Shown here in pieces: positions 8,429 through 18,747 of a DNA stretch of 62,851 nucleotides. Origin of the DNA: Minisyncoccota bacterium (GTDB taxonomy: Bacteria > Patescibacteriota > Minisyncoccia > UBA6257 > 2-01-FULL-56-20); contig JARLIC010000029.1 in NCBI GenBank assembly GCA_031291905.1, forward strand, positions 1-62,851, read 5' to 3'. The position numbers were made by a program, and so were the translations under genes. Each line of letters begins with the position of its first letter. Within the stretch, counting starts at the first letter, position 1. The notes below the pieces were generated by a model. That model saw only the letters and a list, made by a program, of their open reading frames with translations, ran no database searches and was not told the DNA's origin.

Positions 8429-9592
8429 ATGATCCACCGGGGAATCGCATCGTTCGGGCTCGATTACGGGCAATGTCCGCCCTGGCTTTTTGAGCGCATG
8501 GTGAAGCTCGGCCGCGAGATGGTCTATGTGCTCATCGCCGAGTACGGCCCGGACGAGTTCATCAAGCGCATCGCGGACCCGGCGTGGTTCCAGTCGCTCG
8601 GCACCGTGCTTGCGTTCGATTGGAACGCCTCCGGCCTCACCACCATCCTTACCGCGGCCCTGAAGGAGGCCATCCGCGGACACGAGCGCGAATACGGCAT
8701 CGCGATCTGCGGCGGCAAAGGGAAGACCTCGCGCAAGACACCCGACGAGATCCTGTCGTGGGGCGACCGCATGATGATCTCGGCGCCTTTGGCGAACAAT
8801 CTTGTCTACAATTCGAAGATGAGCGCGAAGGTGGACAGCGCACTCGTGCAGGACGGGTTCGACCTCTATCACCACGCATTCTTCTTCTCGCGCAACGGCG
8901 CGTGGGCGGTCGTCCAGCAGGGGATGAACAAGGAAAAGCGGTCCGCGCGGCGCTATCATTGGTATTCAAAGAACATCAACGACCTTGTTGCCGAACCGCA
9001 CTCGGGCATCTCGTCGCCCGTCATGATAAATCGCGTGCTCGATCTCACTGCGGCAAAGAGCGACAAGACACGCGAGATCTCGACCGAGCTCGTGCAGAAC
9101 GGCTACGCACCGCTCATGAAGGACATCACTTTGTTGCGTAAATATTCCTCGCGGCTTTCCCAAATGGCAAAGATCCGGATCGGCAGCGACGGCAGGACGA
9201 GCCAACAGCTCACCCTGCTCAATCTCGAGTCGCGCGAGTTCAAATACCATCCCGTCCTCCATGAGGATTTTTCGAAGAGCAAATATCTCGAGAAGATACT
9301 CGCAAAAGTCGCCGACCGCAAACCCGGCAGTTACGAGTCGCTCGTATCCATCGAGGGCGTCGGCGCAAAGACCATGCGTGCGCTCGCGCTTGTGGGCGAG
9401 GTGATCTACGGTGCGGCGCCGTCCTACGAGGACCCGGCGCGCTACAGCTTCGCCCACGGCGGCAAGGATGCCACGCCGTACCCCGTCGATCGCAAGACCT
9501 ACGACGAGACGATCGTGATGCTCGCGAACGCGGTGCGGAAGACACACCTGCCGGCCGTGGACAAGCAGAAAGCGATCGCGCGGCTCGGGTAG
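8429..9592 (+). CDS. DUF763-family protein
   Basis: MIHRGIASFGLDYGQCPPWLFERMVKLGREMVYVLI resembles the DUF763 N-terminus as I remember it. The ORF-track start at 8045 overlaps rseP and is rejected. Confidence 0.6.
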   Translation: MIHRGIASFGLDYGQCPPWLFERMVKLGREMVYVLIAEYGPDEFIKRIADPAWFQSLGTVLAFDWNASGLTTILTAALKEAIRGHEREYGIAICGGKGKTSRKTPDEILSWGDRMMISAPLANNLVYNSKMSAKVDSALVQDGFDLYHHAFFFSRNGAWAVVQQGMNKEKRSARRYHWYSKNINDLVAEPHSGISSPVMINRVLDLTAAKSDKTREISTELVQNGYAPLMKDITLLRKYSSRLSQMAKIRIGSDGRTSQQLTLLNLESREFKYHPVLHEDFSKSKYLEKILAKVADRKPGSYESLVSIEGVGAKTMRALALVGEVIYGAAPSYEDPARYSFAHGGKDATPYPVDRKTYDETIVMLANAVRKTHLPAVDKQKAIARLG

Positions 9593-9610
9593 TATGATAT
9601 ACTTATAGCA

Positions 9611-9904
9611 ATGGATACTTTGATACACGCGGACATCTTCTTTTTTGTGACGACGGTGGTCGTGGTGGTGGTCGGGATCGCGTTCACGGTAGTGCTCATC
9701 TATCTGGCAAAGGTGCTGAGCGACATAAAGACGGTGACCCAGCAGGTGAAGGAGGAGACGATATTGTTCCGCGAGGATATAAAGGAACTGCGGAGCGACG
9801 TCAAAAAGGAGGGATTCCGGGCGGAACGCATTTTCATGTTCGTCAGGAATATGTTCAAACGAACGGGCACAAGGTCGAAGAAAAAGGATGCTTCAAACAA
9901 ATAA
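9611..9904 (+). CDS. small membrane protein (one N-terminal TM helix, charged tail)
   Basis: FFFVTTVVVVVVGIAFTVVLIYLA hydrophobic helix followed by a K/E-rich tail; tightly packed between neighbours. Confidence 0.5.
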   Translation: MDTLIHADIFFFVTTVVVVVVGIAFTVVLIYLAKVLSDIKTVTQQVKEETILFREDIKELRSDVKKEGFRAERIFMFVRNMFKRTGTRSKKKDASNK

Positions 9905-9928
9905 AAACTTAATTTCAATATCACTATC

Positions 9929-10345
9929 ATGGCGACAAAAAAGAAAATGGGTAACAATGCAAAGGCGTGGGGCATTGGCGGCGCGGTGACCGCGGCGGCT
10001 ATCGCGGCAGCGGCGGGAGCGTATCTGATGTCGGACAAAAAGACGAAGGCAAAGGCAAAGAAGTGGGTCGTCGCGGCGCGCAAGGAGGTTGCAAAGAACG
10101 CGAAGATCGCAACGAAGCTCGGCGAGAAGGAGTACGGCCGCATCGTTGAGCAGGCGGTCAAGCACTACGGCTCAATGGAGAAGCTTACGGCCGCGGACAT
10201 CCTCGCCGCGGGAAAGGAACTGAAGGGCGAGTGGAGGAAGATCCAGGCCGAAGCGAAGAAGATAGCCAAGAAGGTCCCGATGAAGAAGGTTGCGGTAAAG
10301 AAGAAGCCCGTAATGAAAAAGAAGGCGGTAAAGGCAAGGAAATAG
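9929..10345 (+). CDS. hypothetical Lys/Ala-rich protein with one N-terminal hydrophobic segment
   Basis: GIGGAVTAAAIAAAAGAYLM segment followed by a K-rich low-complexity tail. Stop TAG at 10343-10345. Confidence 0.5.
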   Translation: MATKKKMGNNAKAWGIGGAVTAAAIAAAAGAYLMSDKKTKAKAKKWVVAARKEVAKNAKIATKLGEKEYGRIVEQAVKHYGSMEKLTAADILAAGKELKGEWRKIQAEAKKIAKKVPMKKVAVKKKPVMKKKAVKARK

Positions 10346-10346
10346 T

Positions 10347-10475
10347 TTGAATACAACAAAAAGGCATCTTCCTTGAGGGGTATCACGGAGCCGCGAAGGC
10401 GGCGAGTGCTAAGGCGCGAAACCAGCAGGTTTCGACGCCGTCCCCGAAAGGATGGTGCCTTTTTGTTGTATTCAA
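10347..10475 (+). ncRNA. family A hairpin-apex element, copy 2
   Basis: 20 bp perfect arms (10347-10366 and 10456-10475), continued by an imperfect stem. Core 10377-10445. It exactly fills the gap between two convergent stop codons. Confidence 0.55.
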
Positions 10476-11723
10476 TTATTCGTATCGCAACGCTTCTATC
10501 GGACTCTTCCGTGCCGCCTGTTGTGCCGGATAGATGCCGAACGCGATGCCGGTGATGCTCGAAACGGCGACGGCGAGCAGGATCGCCGACATGGGAAACT
10601 CGAACGTCCATACCACCGCAAATACTTTGGTGATAACAAGCCATGCCGCGCCCACCACGAGTCCGCCGACGAGAATGCCGATCACGCCCCCGATGACCGT
10701 AAGCATCACGGATTCCACCAGGAATTGCTGGAGGATGTCGTTATTGGTGGCGCCCACGGATTTGCGAAGCCCGATCTCCTTGGTGCGCTCGATCACCGAC
10801 ACCAGCATGATGTTCATGATGCCGATGCCGCCGACAATGAGCGAGATTGAGGCGATCGCGGCAAGGAAGAGCGTCAGGATGTTCGTGATGTTGCCAAGGA
10901 GCGAAAGCACGTCCTGCTGGGTCTCGATGGTGAAATCGTCCTTGTTGGAATCGGTGATGCTATGGTCCTGTTCAAGGATCGTCTGCACGCGCGCCTTGGC
11001 AAAATCGATGGTGTAAGTATCGTTCGCCTGCACCATGACGTCGGTGAAATAATCGGTGCCCAACATCTGCTTCTGTCCGACGGTGATCGGCACGAGCACG
11101 ATATTATCCTGGTCGATGCCGAACGCGCCGGTGCCTTTCGACTCGAGCACGCCCACCACGCGGAAATGGACGTTCTTCACCTGGATATACTGTCCGACCG
11201 GATCGGAGCCGGCACCAAAGAGCGTGTCGGCGAGCGAGGAGCCGATGACCGCCACATGATTGTACGACTGCACATCGGCGTCGCTGAAGGGATAGCCTTT
11301 CGCCACCACGAAGTTGCGCACCGTGAAGAAGTTGGCCGGCACGCCGTCGAAGGTGATCGTCTCGCTGTTGTCGCCGAAGGACGCCGCGCCCTGTCCGCGC
11401 GATTCCTCGGTGACCGCCGCGACCGAGGGATCGCGGCCCAGCGCGTCCACGTCGCGCTGCTTCAGGCTTGTGATGATGATGCCCTGCGCCGCGGCGGGGG
11501 ATGAGAACTTCCCGTTGTTCGAGCCGCCCGGGATCACGATGATCAGGTTCGAGCCGAGCCCCTGTACCTGGCCCAGGATGTAGTCCTGCGCCGAGGCGCC
11601 GATGGACATGAGGATGATGACCGACGAAATGCCGATCACGATGCCGAGCATCGTCAGAAGCGAGCGCATTTTGCCGTGCTTGAGCGTCGCCCGGGATGAT
11701 TTTACGAGATCGTTGACGCGCAT
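10476..11723 (-). CDS. ABC transporter permease, MacB/FtsX family
   Basis: MacB_PCD-type periplasmic domain between TM1 and the FtsX-type C-terminal helices. N-terminus LKHGKMRSLLTMLGIVIGISSVI. Confidence 0.9.
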   Translation of the reverse strand: MRVNDLVKSSRATLKHGKMRSLLTMLGIVIGISSVIILMSIGASAQDYILGQVQGLGSNLIIVIPGGSNNGKFSSPAAAQGIIITSLKQRDVDALGRDPSVAAVTEESRGQGAASFGDNSETITFDGVPANFFTVRNFVVAKGYPFSDADVQSYNHVAVIGSSLADTLFGAGSDPVGQYIQVKNVHFRVVGVLESKGTGAFGIDQDNIVLVPITVGQKQMLGTDYFTDVMVQANDTYTIDFAKARVQTILEQDHSITDSNKDDFTIETQQDVLSLLGNITNILTLFLAAIASISLIVGGIGIMNIMLVSVIERTKEIGLRKSVGATNNDILQQFLVESVMLTVIGGVIGILVGGLVVGAAWLVITKVFAVVWTFEFPMSAILLAVAVSSITGIAFGIYPAQQAARKSPIEALRYE

Positions 11724-11727
11724 TTTA

Positions 11728-12434
<707 letters not shown>

Positions 12435-12438
<4 letters not shown>

Positions 12439-13997
12439 TGCGTTTTCAGTCCGACGTTGATGACCTGCTCGCCTTCGGTCACGCCGTTCGCGATCTCCAC
12501 GTTGCCGTCCTGGTCACGAATGCCGAGCGTCACGGGGATCTGCGTTTCGGCGCCGTTCTGCAATACGTCGACATAGGTACCGCTCGCGTTCTGTACGATG
12601 GCGAACTGGGGGAGTATGAGCGCATTCGCATCGGTCTGCGTCTTGATATCGAGGTTCGCGGTAAGGCCACTCTTGATGCGCGAATCCGGCTTTACGAACG
12701 ATATTTTCACCAGATAATCCACGACGCCGCTCTGGATCGTCGCCGCAGGATCGATATAGAAGACCTTACCAGGGAACGTCTCGCCCTGGAAGGCGTCGAA
12801 GGTCATATCGACCGCGTTCCCGATGGCGATCTTTCCGATGTCCGTCTCAGGGACATAGGTGTCGACCTCGAAATTGTCCGCCGTGATGATCGACGTGACG
12901 GTCTGTCCCGCCACCGCCACCTGCCCGACCTTCGCGTTCTGCACGGTGACCACGCCGTTGATGGGGGACGCGAGCGTCGCGTTCGCAATGTTCACCCGGA
13001 TGCTTTGTGCGTTCGCCTGCATCTGTTCCACCTGCGCCTGCTGCGCCGCGATGGCCTCGGCGGTCGATCCCGCAAGCGTCACGTTGAGCTGCGCCTGCGC
13101 CTGCGCGACCGCGGCGTTCTCGGATGCGATGCTCTGCTCGATGGAGGTGATTGCGCTCGTTACCCCGTTTATCTCCGTGATCGCGTTCGTGATATCGGTC
13201 TTGTACGCGGTCAGCGCAACCGTGGAAAGGTTGCTCGTGCTTACAATCGCGTTCGCATCGGTGTTGAGCATGGCGCCGATGACCGAGATGTGGGCGGATG
13301 CCTTTTGTAGGGCACCATAGAGCGTAGAGGTGGAAAGCGACGGGGAAAGCGCGGCGATCTCCGATTGCCATGCGCCGAGTTCGACACCCACCTTGACGCG
13401 TTCGGCGTTCGCGTCGTTGACGAGCTGGGAATTGTTCACCTGGAAGGCGAGCGTGGGATTGTTCGTATCGGGATTGTTATAAACCGTGCCGATCTGATTG
13501 CGAACCGCATCGGTCGCCTTGGCATACGCGTCGGTCACGGCGTTCGGAATGCCCGTGTAGCTGTTGGCGAGCGTCTGGTTCGCCGTCGCAAGTGCGGCCT
13601 GCGATACCTGGATATTCTGAGGCGTCGGACCCGCCTGGAGATTTTGGAGTGTTGCCTGGGCGGCATCGACCGCCGCCTGTGCCTGCGCGAGCTGGGCCTG
13701 CAGGCTCCGGGTGTCGAGCTGTACGAGAGTGCCGCCCGCGTTCACGGAATCCCCGGCCTCTTTGTAGACCGCCGCGATGGTCCCTCCGGCCTGGAAGGAA
13801 AGGTCGAGGCTCTTGATCGGAGTGGTGTTGCCCGTCACGCTCACCACTTCGGTGATCGTACCGCGCGTCACGGAAACGAACTGGTATTTGCTTCCGCCCC
13901 GATGGCCGAGATAATAAAAAACGCCGACGAGGGCGATGACGATCGCCACGGTCCAGATGATCTTCTTTCTGCTCCACGCGGTGAGTATTTTTTTCAT
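12435..13997 (-). CDS. efflux periplasmic adaptor (HlyD/MacA family)
   Basis: N-terminal TM helix, a long coiled-coil (QAQLAQAQAAVDAAQATLQNLQ), and a C-terminal beta-barrel. The ATG at 13997 is preferred over the ORF-track start at 14066. Confidence 0.85.
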
Positions 13998-14040
13998 AGG
14001 TTTGATCCACTGTATTATACCATGCCCCTTGGTGATATAT

Positions 14041-14064
14041 AAAAGCTCCCCGCGGTCGGGGAGC
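14041..14064 (-). terminator. intrinsic terminator after the 14086-14457 gene
   Basis: GCUCCCC-GACCGC-GGGGAGC followed by UUUU on the minus strand. Confidence 0.5.
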
Positions 14065-14085
14065 ATGTGCGATTCGGTACGCGTT

Positions 14086-14457
14086 TCAGTTTACGAGCAT
14101 CAGTCCGAGGACGATTGCGGTTCCCCAGCAGATGAGACATTTCCGGCCGTGCCGGTTATGGAACGGCGACCGGTAAGGATTCCATTTGACCGCGCGGACG
14201 CCGAACCACATGGCACCGCAAAGGCAAAGGTAGTGGAGGAAGAGAAGTACGGTGAAGTGCCGTCCGATGAGCGGCACCAGCCCGAATTCCACGGCAAGAA
14301 GGGTCACGATTGTGAGCGCGAGCGCCGAGCCATGGCTCGCAATGTGGGTTTTGCTCATTTTCATCCTCCCGAAAAGCCACGAGAGGAACAGATTGGCCAA
14401 CAGCATGGCCGACAGTATGTTGACGACGAGCCGCACCTGATCAACGTCCATTTTCAT
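14086..14457 (-). CDS. hypothetical integral membrane protein (about 4 TM helices)
   Basis: The ATG at 14457 is preceded by GAGGAGG. The longer ORF-track version overlaps the divergent gene and is rejected. Confidence 0.5.
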   Translation of the reverse strand: MKMDVDQVRLVVNILSAMLLANLFLSWLFGRMKMSKTHIASHGSALALTIVTLLAVEFGLVPLIGRHFTVLLFLHYLCLCGAMWFGVRAVKWNPYRSPFHNRHGRKCLICWGTAIVLGLMLVN

Positions 14458-14560
14458 GAAAACCTCCTCAAAACTCAAACAACTGCCCCAATGATACGCT
14501 ATGGTATCGGATAATTCAATAAAGGTATAATAATGGATAGACGCCCTTAAGACCATTCGA

Positions 14561-15271
14561 ATGCATCGCACCAACCAGATCATTCTTATAACAGTGCTTC
14601 TTCTCGTGATGGCGTTTGTCGTCACGCAGTTCTTTTCGTCGGGTTCTACCACGATAAGTCCGGTAGCGACATCGTCCGTGGTCGTTGTGAATGATGCATC
14701 CACAAGTCCCACGCTCAATCTTACCGGAGTAGCGGCGACGCAGGTCGTTCAATACGAACCCTCACAACCCGCAAGTTCGACACCGGCGGTGCAAGGCTCC
14801 TGCTGGACGAACTCGATCGCGGCGCCGTTCCGCGGCGACGCATGGCGCTGCACGGTAGGGAACAATATAGTGGACCCCTGCTTCCAGATCCCGGGAACAC
14901 AGACCCTTTTATGCGGCGCGAATCCGGCGAATTCCGCCGCAACCTCGACATTCGTGCTGCAGCTCACTCAGGATCTCCCGAAGTCGGCCCCTGTGCATGG
15001 GCTTCAGCCTGCCGATCAGGTGTGGCTCATCGAACTTCGGGGCGGTACGCTCTGTTCTCCGTTCACCGGCACCTTGCCGTTCACGGAAACGGGGGATGTG
15101 GCGAGCTTTGGTTGCGCTCCGGGTCCGCTCGGGAAGGATGTCGACGTCTTCAATATAAACAGCTCAGGCACCGTATGGATCGCGGATATCGGCACGCTGA
15201 CCTCTTCGACCTCAAGCTTGCCGACCATAACGGCATCTTCGTCGGTGCCGATAACGACGGTGTGGAGATAA
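14561..15271 (+). CDS. hypothetical secreted or membrane-anchored Cys-containing protein
   Basis: Signal-anchor IILITVLLLVMAFVVTQFF followed by a Ser/Thr-rich linker. No family recognised. Confidence 0.5.
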   Translation: MHRTNQIILITVLLLVMAFVVTQFFSSGSTTISPVATSSVVVVNDASTSPTLNLTGVAATQVVQYEPSQPASSTPAVQGSCWTNSIAAPFRGDAWRCTVGNNIVDPCFQIPGTQTLLCGANPANSAATSTFVLQLTQDLPKSAPVHGLQPADQVWLIELRGGTLCSPFTGTLPFTETGDVASFGCAPGPLGKDVDVFNINSSGTVWIADIGTLTSSTSSLPTITASSSVPITTVWR

Positions 15272-15279
15272 AGGTTCTT

Positions 15280-16053
15280 TTATAAATATCCCACCTTCGT
15301 AAGCCAGGCCGCATTCTCCCATTCCCATAATCGCTTGGCGCCGAGAAATCCCTGAAAATCGTTCTGCCAATCGGGGAACTCCTTGAGTTCGATGTCGCCA
15401 AAAAGCTCGCCCCACTCGTGCGTGCAGGTGCGCATGGCGGCATTTTTCCAGTCGGTCTTTATCTTCTCGTTACCGCCTTTTATGCGCCGTGTCGCGCCGC
15501 AATTCACGCAGCGTTGGATCTGATCGATACGTAAGATCCACCGTGTTGAAAGTTCCGGAAATTCCTGCTTGAGCGCGTCCATATAGGCCGATGTCTGAAG
15601 GCTGTAATCGCGGTAGACCGCCGCCGACGTCTTGATGTCGAGCACGCCGAGCTTCCCGCCGATCCGCGCGATCGCGTCGATGGTGCCCGCATAGCGATGA
15701 TCGTAGTTCACGATGCGCCGCTCCACGAGCTCCGGCGAGGTCTCGATCCGGTTCGCCATCATGAATGCCGCGAACGACTTTACTGCGGGCGCGATCGCCG
15801 CCGGGACCTGGGGATGATTGTCGAGCAGAAGCCCTTCCACCGCCTCGTGGATCATTGTGCCCTCCTTGGCGGACCGCTCGGTGGCATCGTGCGCCGCGCG
15901 GTAGCTCTTCGCTTCGCCGTAATAATAATAGAGCGCCGGTTTTGCTTTGATCGAAACGATCTTCGTGACGCGCGGGTACCACACGTCGCCGATCACATAA
16001 CCCGACTGCTCCTTAAAATCGTCGACATTCTTATACTCGTCAAATAAGGACAT
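15280..16053 (-). CDS. PD-(D/E)XK nuclease (RecB/Cas4/YqaJ-like) with C-terminal Cys-rich segment
   Basis: GTIDAIARIGGKLGVLDIKTS (D...D-x-K) and LQTSAY (QxxxY) motifs, with a C-terminal CVNC...C segment. The start could instead be the TTG at 16074. Confidence 0.7.
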   Translation of the reverse strand: MSLFDEYKNVDDFKEQSGYVIGDVWYPRVTKIVSIKAKPALYYYYGEAKSYRAAHDATERSAKEGTMIHEAVEGLLLDNHPQVPAAIAPAVKSFAAFMMANRIETSPELVERRIVNYDHRYAGTIDAIARIGGKLGVLDIKTSAAVYRDYSLQTSAYMDALKQEFPELSTRWILRIDQIQRCVNCGATRRIKGGNEKIKTDWKNAAMRTCTHEWGELFGDIELKEFPDWQNDFQGFLGAKRLWEWENAAWLTKVGYL

Positions 16054-16086
16054 GGGTGCAATAATACCACACAAATGGGACCGGGT

Positions 16087-17472
16087 TCATTTTATGAGCG
16101 ATGCGGTTGCGTTCACCACGTCACCCGCGCCCATCATGACGATGACGGGGGAGCGGTCCTTCTTGGCGAAAGGCGACGAGAGGTAGAAATCTTTGACCGC
16201 TGCCGGGAGGTCCTTTGCGCGTTCCACGTAGACCACATATCGGTCCGGATCGCGCCGCCGGATGGCCTCGGTGAGACTCTCCGAACTTTGCGAACCCGCC
16301 TCGTCGCGTCCGCGGACCCTGTAGATCGGCAGAAGCATGGTGATGTCCGCGTCGTCGAACGCGCCGGTGAATTCCTTGAAGAGCAGTTCGAGTCGCTTGG
16401 TCTGATGCGGTTGGAACACGCAAATGAGAGGCTGCTTGGGGAATTGCTCCTTTATTGCGCGGAGGGTCGCTTTGATCTCGGTGGGATGATGCGCGTAATC
16501 GTCATAAACGGGCGCCTTGCCTCCGCCGAGCTTCATCGTGCCGCGATATTCCATCCTCCGCCATGCGCCGCGGTACGAACCGATCGCCGCCAGTGTATTC
16601 TTCTCGCCGAATCCGAGGAGCGTTCCAAGTTGATAGACCGACTCGGCGTTCGAGAGATTGTGCGTGCCGAATATTTTCATTACCTTTTCAATCTTCGCCG
16701 TAGAGGGGTCTTTGGCCGAGTACCATATGACACGAAGCTTCTTTCTTTTCGCGAGGGCCGCAATACGCGTCTTCAGTGATCGGAGATTTTTGTCGTCGCG
16801 GTTCAGGATGAGCGCGCCGCCCGCAACGGTGTTCGCGAGAAAATGCATGAACGCATTCTTCGCATCCGTGATGTTCTTATAGATGTCGAGATGTTCGCGG
16901 TCGATGTTCGTGACCATTGCGATGGAAGGGGAGTAGTGATAGAACGCACGACCGTACTCGTCGGCCTCGATCACGAGCCAGTCGCTTTTGCCGATGCGGA
17001 AATTCTGTCCGCCGAACTCTTTGAGGTTGTTGCCGATGACGACGGTCGGGTCGAGGCCGTTGCGGATCAGGAGGAGTGCCGCGAGCGCGGTCGTGGTGCT
17101 CTTGCCGTGCGAACCCGCAATGGCGATCGTCCGGTACTGCCGCGTGATCGAGCCGAGCGCCTCGGGGTAGCTGAGCACCTTGATGCCCCGGCGTGCCGCT
17201 TCCTTTATTTCGGGGTTATCGCCCGGAATCGCCTGGCTTTTGATGATAATAGAGGTATCCGGGGGTACATTGGCCCTTTTATGCCCAATTTTGACGTTTA
17301 TAGCGTCTTTTTTGAGCCCATCGGTAATTACATGTCTGGCGGCGTCCGAGCCCGAAACAGCCCAATTTTGGCTTAAAAAATAGCGCGCGAGGGCGCTTAC
17401 GCCGATGCCGCCAATACCGACAAAATGCACTATTTTCCGAGAAGCCTGCGCGGACGATTTTTTGGTGATCAT
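16087..17472 (-). CDS. murC: UDP-N-acetylmuramate--L-alanine ligase
   Basis: KIVHFVGIGGIGVSALARYF N-terminus, GSHGKSTT P-loop, Mur ligase middle and C-terminal domains. Confidence 0.95.
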   Translation of the reverse strand: MITKKSSAQASRKIVHFVGIGGIGVSALARYFLSQNWAVSGSDAARHVITDGLKKDAINVKIGHKRANVPPDTSIIIKSQAIPGDNPEIKEAARRGIKVLSYPEALGSITRQYRTIAIAGSHGKSTTTALAALLLIRNGLDPTVVIGNNLKEFGGQNFRIGKSDWLVIEADEYGRAFYHYSPSIAMVTNIDREHLDIYKNITDAKNAFMHFLANTVAGGALILNRDDKNLRSLKTRIAALAKRKKLRVIWYSAKDPSTAKIEKVMKIFGTHNLSNAESVYQLGTLLGFGEKNTLAAIGSYRGAWRRMEYRGTMKLGGGKAPVYDDYAHHPTEIKATLRAIKEQFPKQPLICVFQPHQTKRLELLFKEFTGAFDDADITMLLPIYRVRGRDEAGSQSSESLTEAIRRRDPDRYVVYVERAKDLPAAVKDFYLSSPFAKKDRSPVIVMMGAGDVVNATASLIK

Positions 17473-17475
17473 CCG

Positions 17476-18114
17476 TCAATTATAGACCGTTCCCAGATAT
17501 GATAAAGGGTTCACGTCGTGTCCTTCGGGATACGGCCCGCAGCCATGCGCGGGCGTCACGGTGAAACCCGCGCTTTTGAAGAGGGAAAAGTGAAGATGCG
17601 TGCCGGTCTCAAGGCCGGAGGCGCCGATCGTGCCGAGCTCCGCACCCTTTGCGACCGTGGCGCCGGGCGAGACCGCGATCGTGCCCATATGGGCGAACAT
17701 CAGTACGAGCTGATCGGTATCGTCGCGCACCACGACGAATTTGCCGAAGCCTTCGCCCGGACAATAATCATCCTGGTTGCCGGTCGCCACCACCACGCCA
17801 TTCACAACGGGCGAATAGATGGGCGCGCCATAACGGGCGGCGATATCGACCCCGTTATGCCAGTGATTGATATACAGATAGGCGAAGGGGGTAGTGCCGT
17901 AGCCCTGGGTGATATAGCTCCAACCCTTGCCGCCCTTGGCAAAGAAGCTGAAATCGACCGCGGTAAGACCGCCGCCGGAAGGGATCCCGGCATCGATATT
18001 GGGATGGAGGTCCGGGAGGCCGAACTCGATGGCGTGACCGACAAACGTCGCGCCGGCAAAGAGCAGCACGACGAAACAGAAAATAAGAAAAATTATTCCA
18101 TAGAAGCGAAGCAT
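17476..18114 (-). CDS. M23 family peptidoglycan metalloendopeptidase
   Basis: HNGVDIAARYGAPIYSP and THLHFSLF zinc-ligand motifs, plus an N-terminal signal anchor. Confidence 0.9.
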   Translation of the reverse strand: MLRFYGIIFLIFCFVVLLFAGATFVGHAIEFGLPDLHPNIDAGIPSGGGLTAVDFSFFAKGGKGWSYITQGYGTTPFAYLYINHWHNGVDIAARYGAPIYSPVVNGVVVATGNQDDYCPGEGFGKFVVVRDDTDQLVLMFAHMGTIAVSPGATVAKGAELGTIGASGLETGTHLHFSLFKSAGFTVTPAHGCGPYPEGHDVNPLSYLGTVYN

Positions 18115-18271
18115 AGGAAGATATTATCCCATAGGGAAAATCGCGAGGGAAGTGCCTGCTTTTCAAAACCCTATCTGTCGCACAAGATGTATTTTACGAC
18201 AGATATACTGCTTTTGGCGGTTAATATCTCCTTCTTCCTTCTTTCCTGAATCCTTCTTCCCTTACCCCTTC

Positions 18272-18730
18272 TTACTTAATGAATCCCTTTAAAGATCCCG
18301 AAAGCCATACCGCCGCGCTGCCGAGCGCCGAGAACAACCACCCGAAGAAATTCATCACCGCATTGGTGAACGACTCGATGTGCACTCCTGTGTATCCGTA
18401 GAACCAGGAATCGAACTGGCTGACATACGGTCTGGTATCCACCGTGACCGTCACGGCGGTCGAGCCGGTGCCGCCGCCGACCGATATGACGCCGCCACTG
18501 GACTGCAGGCCATTGAAGAAGCCGGTGAAGGGCGAGATTAAGTTCTGGAACGAGCTGCCGAAATCGTAGTTTTGTATGGACGATGATGAGGAAGATGAAG
18601 ATGCGGACGGGGTCACCGGTCCCACCGCATAGGCATGTACCTTCAGAGGAGAAAAAAGGAATATGGCGAGCGCGAGCGCCGTTGTACCCGATGCCGCCGT
18701 CGCAAGGAACACGGGATATCTTTTGTCCAT
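18272..18730 (-). CDS. hypothetical secreted protein with Ser-rich linker and C-terminal hydrophobic helix
   Basis: Signal peptide ending VHAYA, a poly-Ser run, and a C-terminal helix FFGWLFSALGSAAVWL. Confidence 0.5.
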   Translation of the reverse strand: MDKRYPVFLATAASGTTALALAIFLFSPLKVHAYAVGPVTPSASSSSSSSSIQNYDFGSSFQNLISPFTGFFNGLQSSGGVISVGGGTGSTAVTVTVDTRPYVSQFDSWFYGYTGVHIESFTNAVMNFFGWLFSALGSAAVWLSGSLKGFIK

Positions 18731-18747
18731 TGCCTTATATTATTATT

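Noticed and set aside
10347-10475. Family A core as a hammerhead, twister, HDV-like or other small self-cleaving ribozyme.
   Set aside because: The three-way junction and a CGAAAC string are reminiscent of a hammerhead. However, neither strand has the CUGAUGA box, and I see none of the twister, pistol or HDV signatures I remember. This check was by eye only, so it still needs a cmscan.
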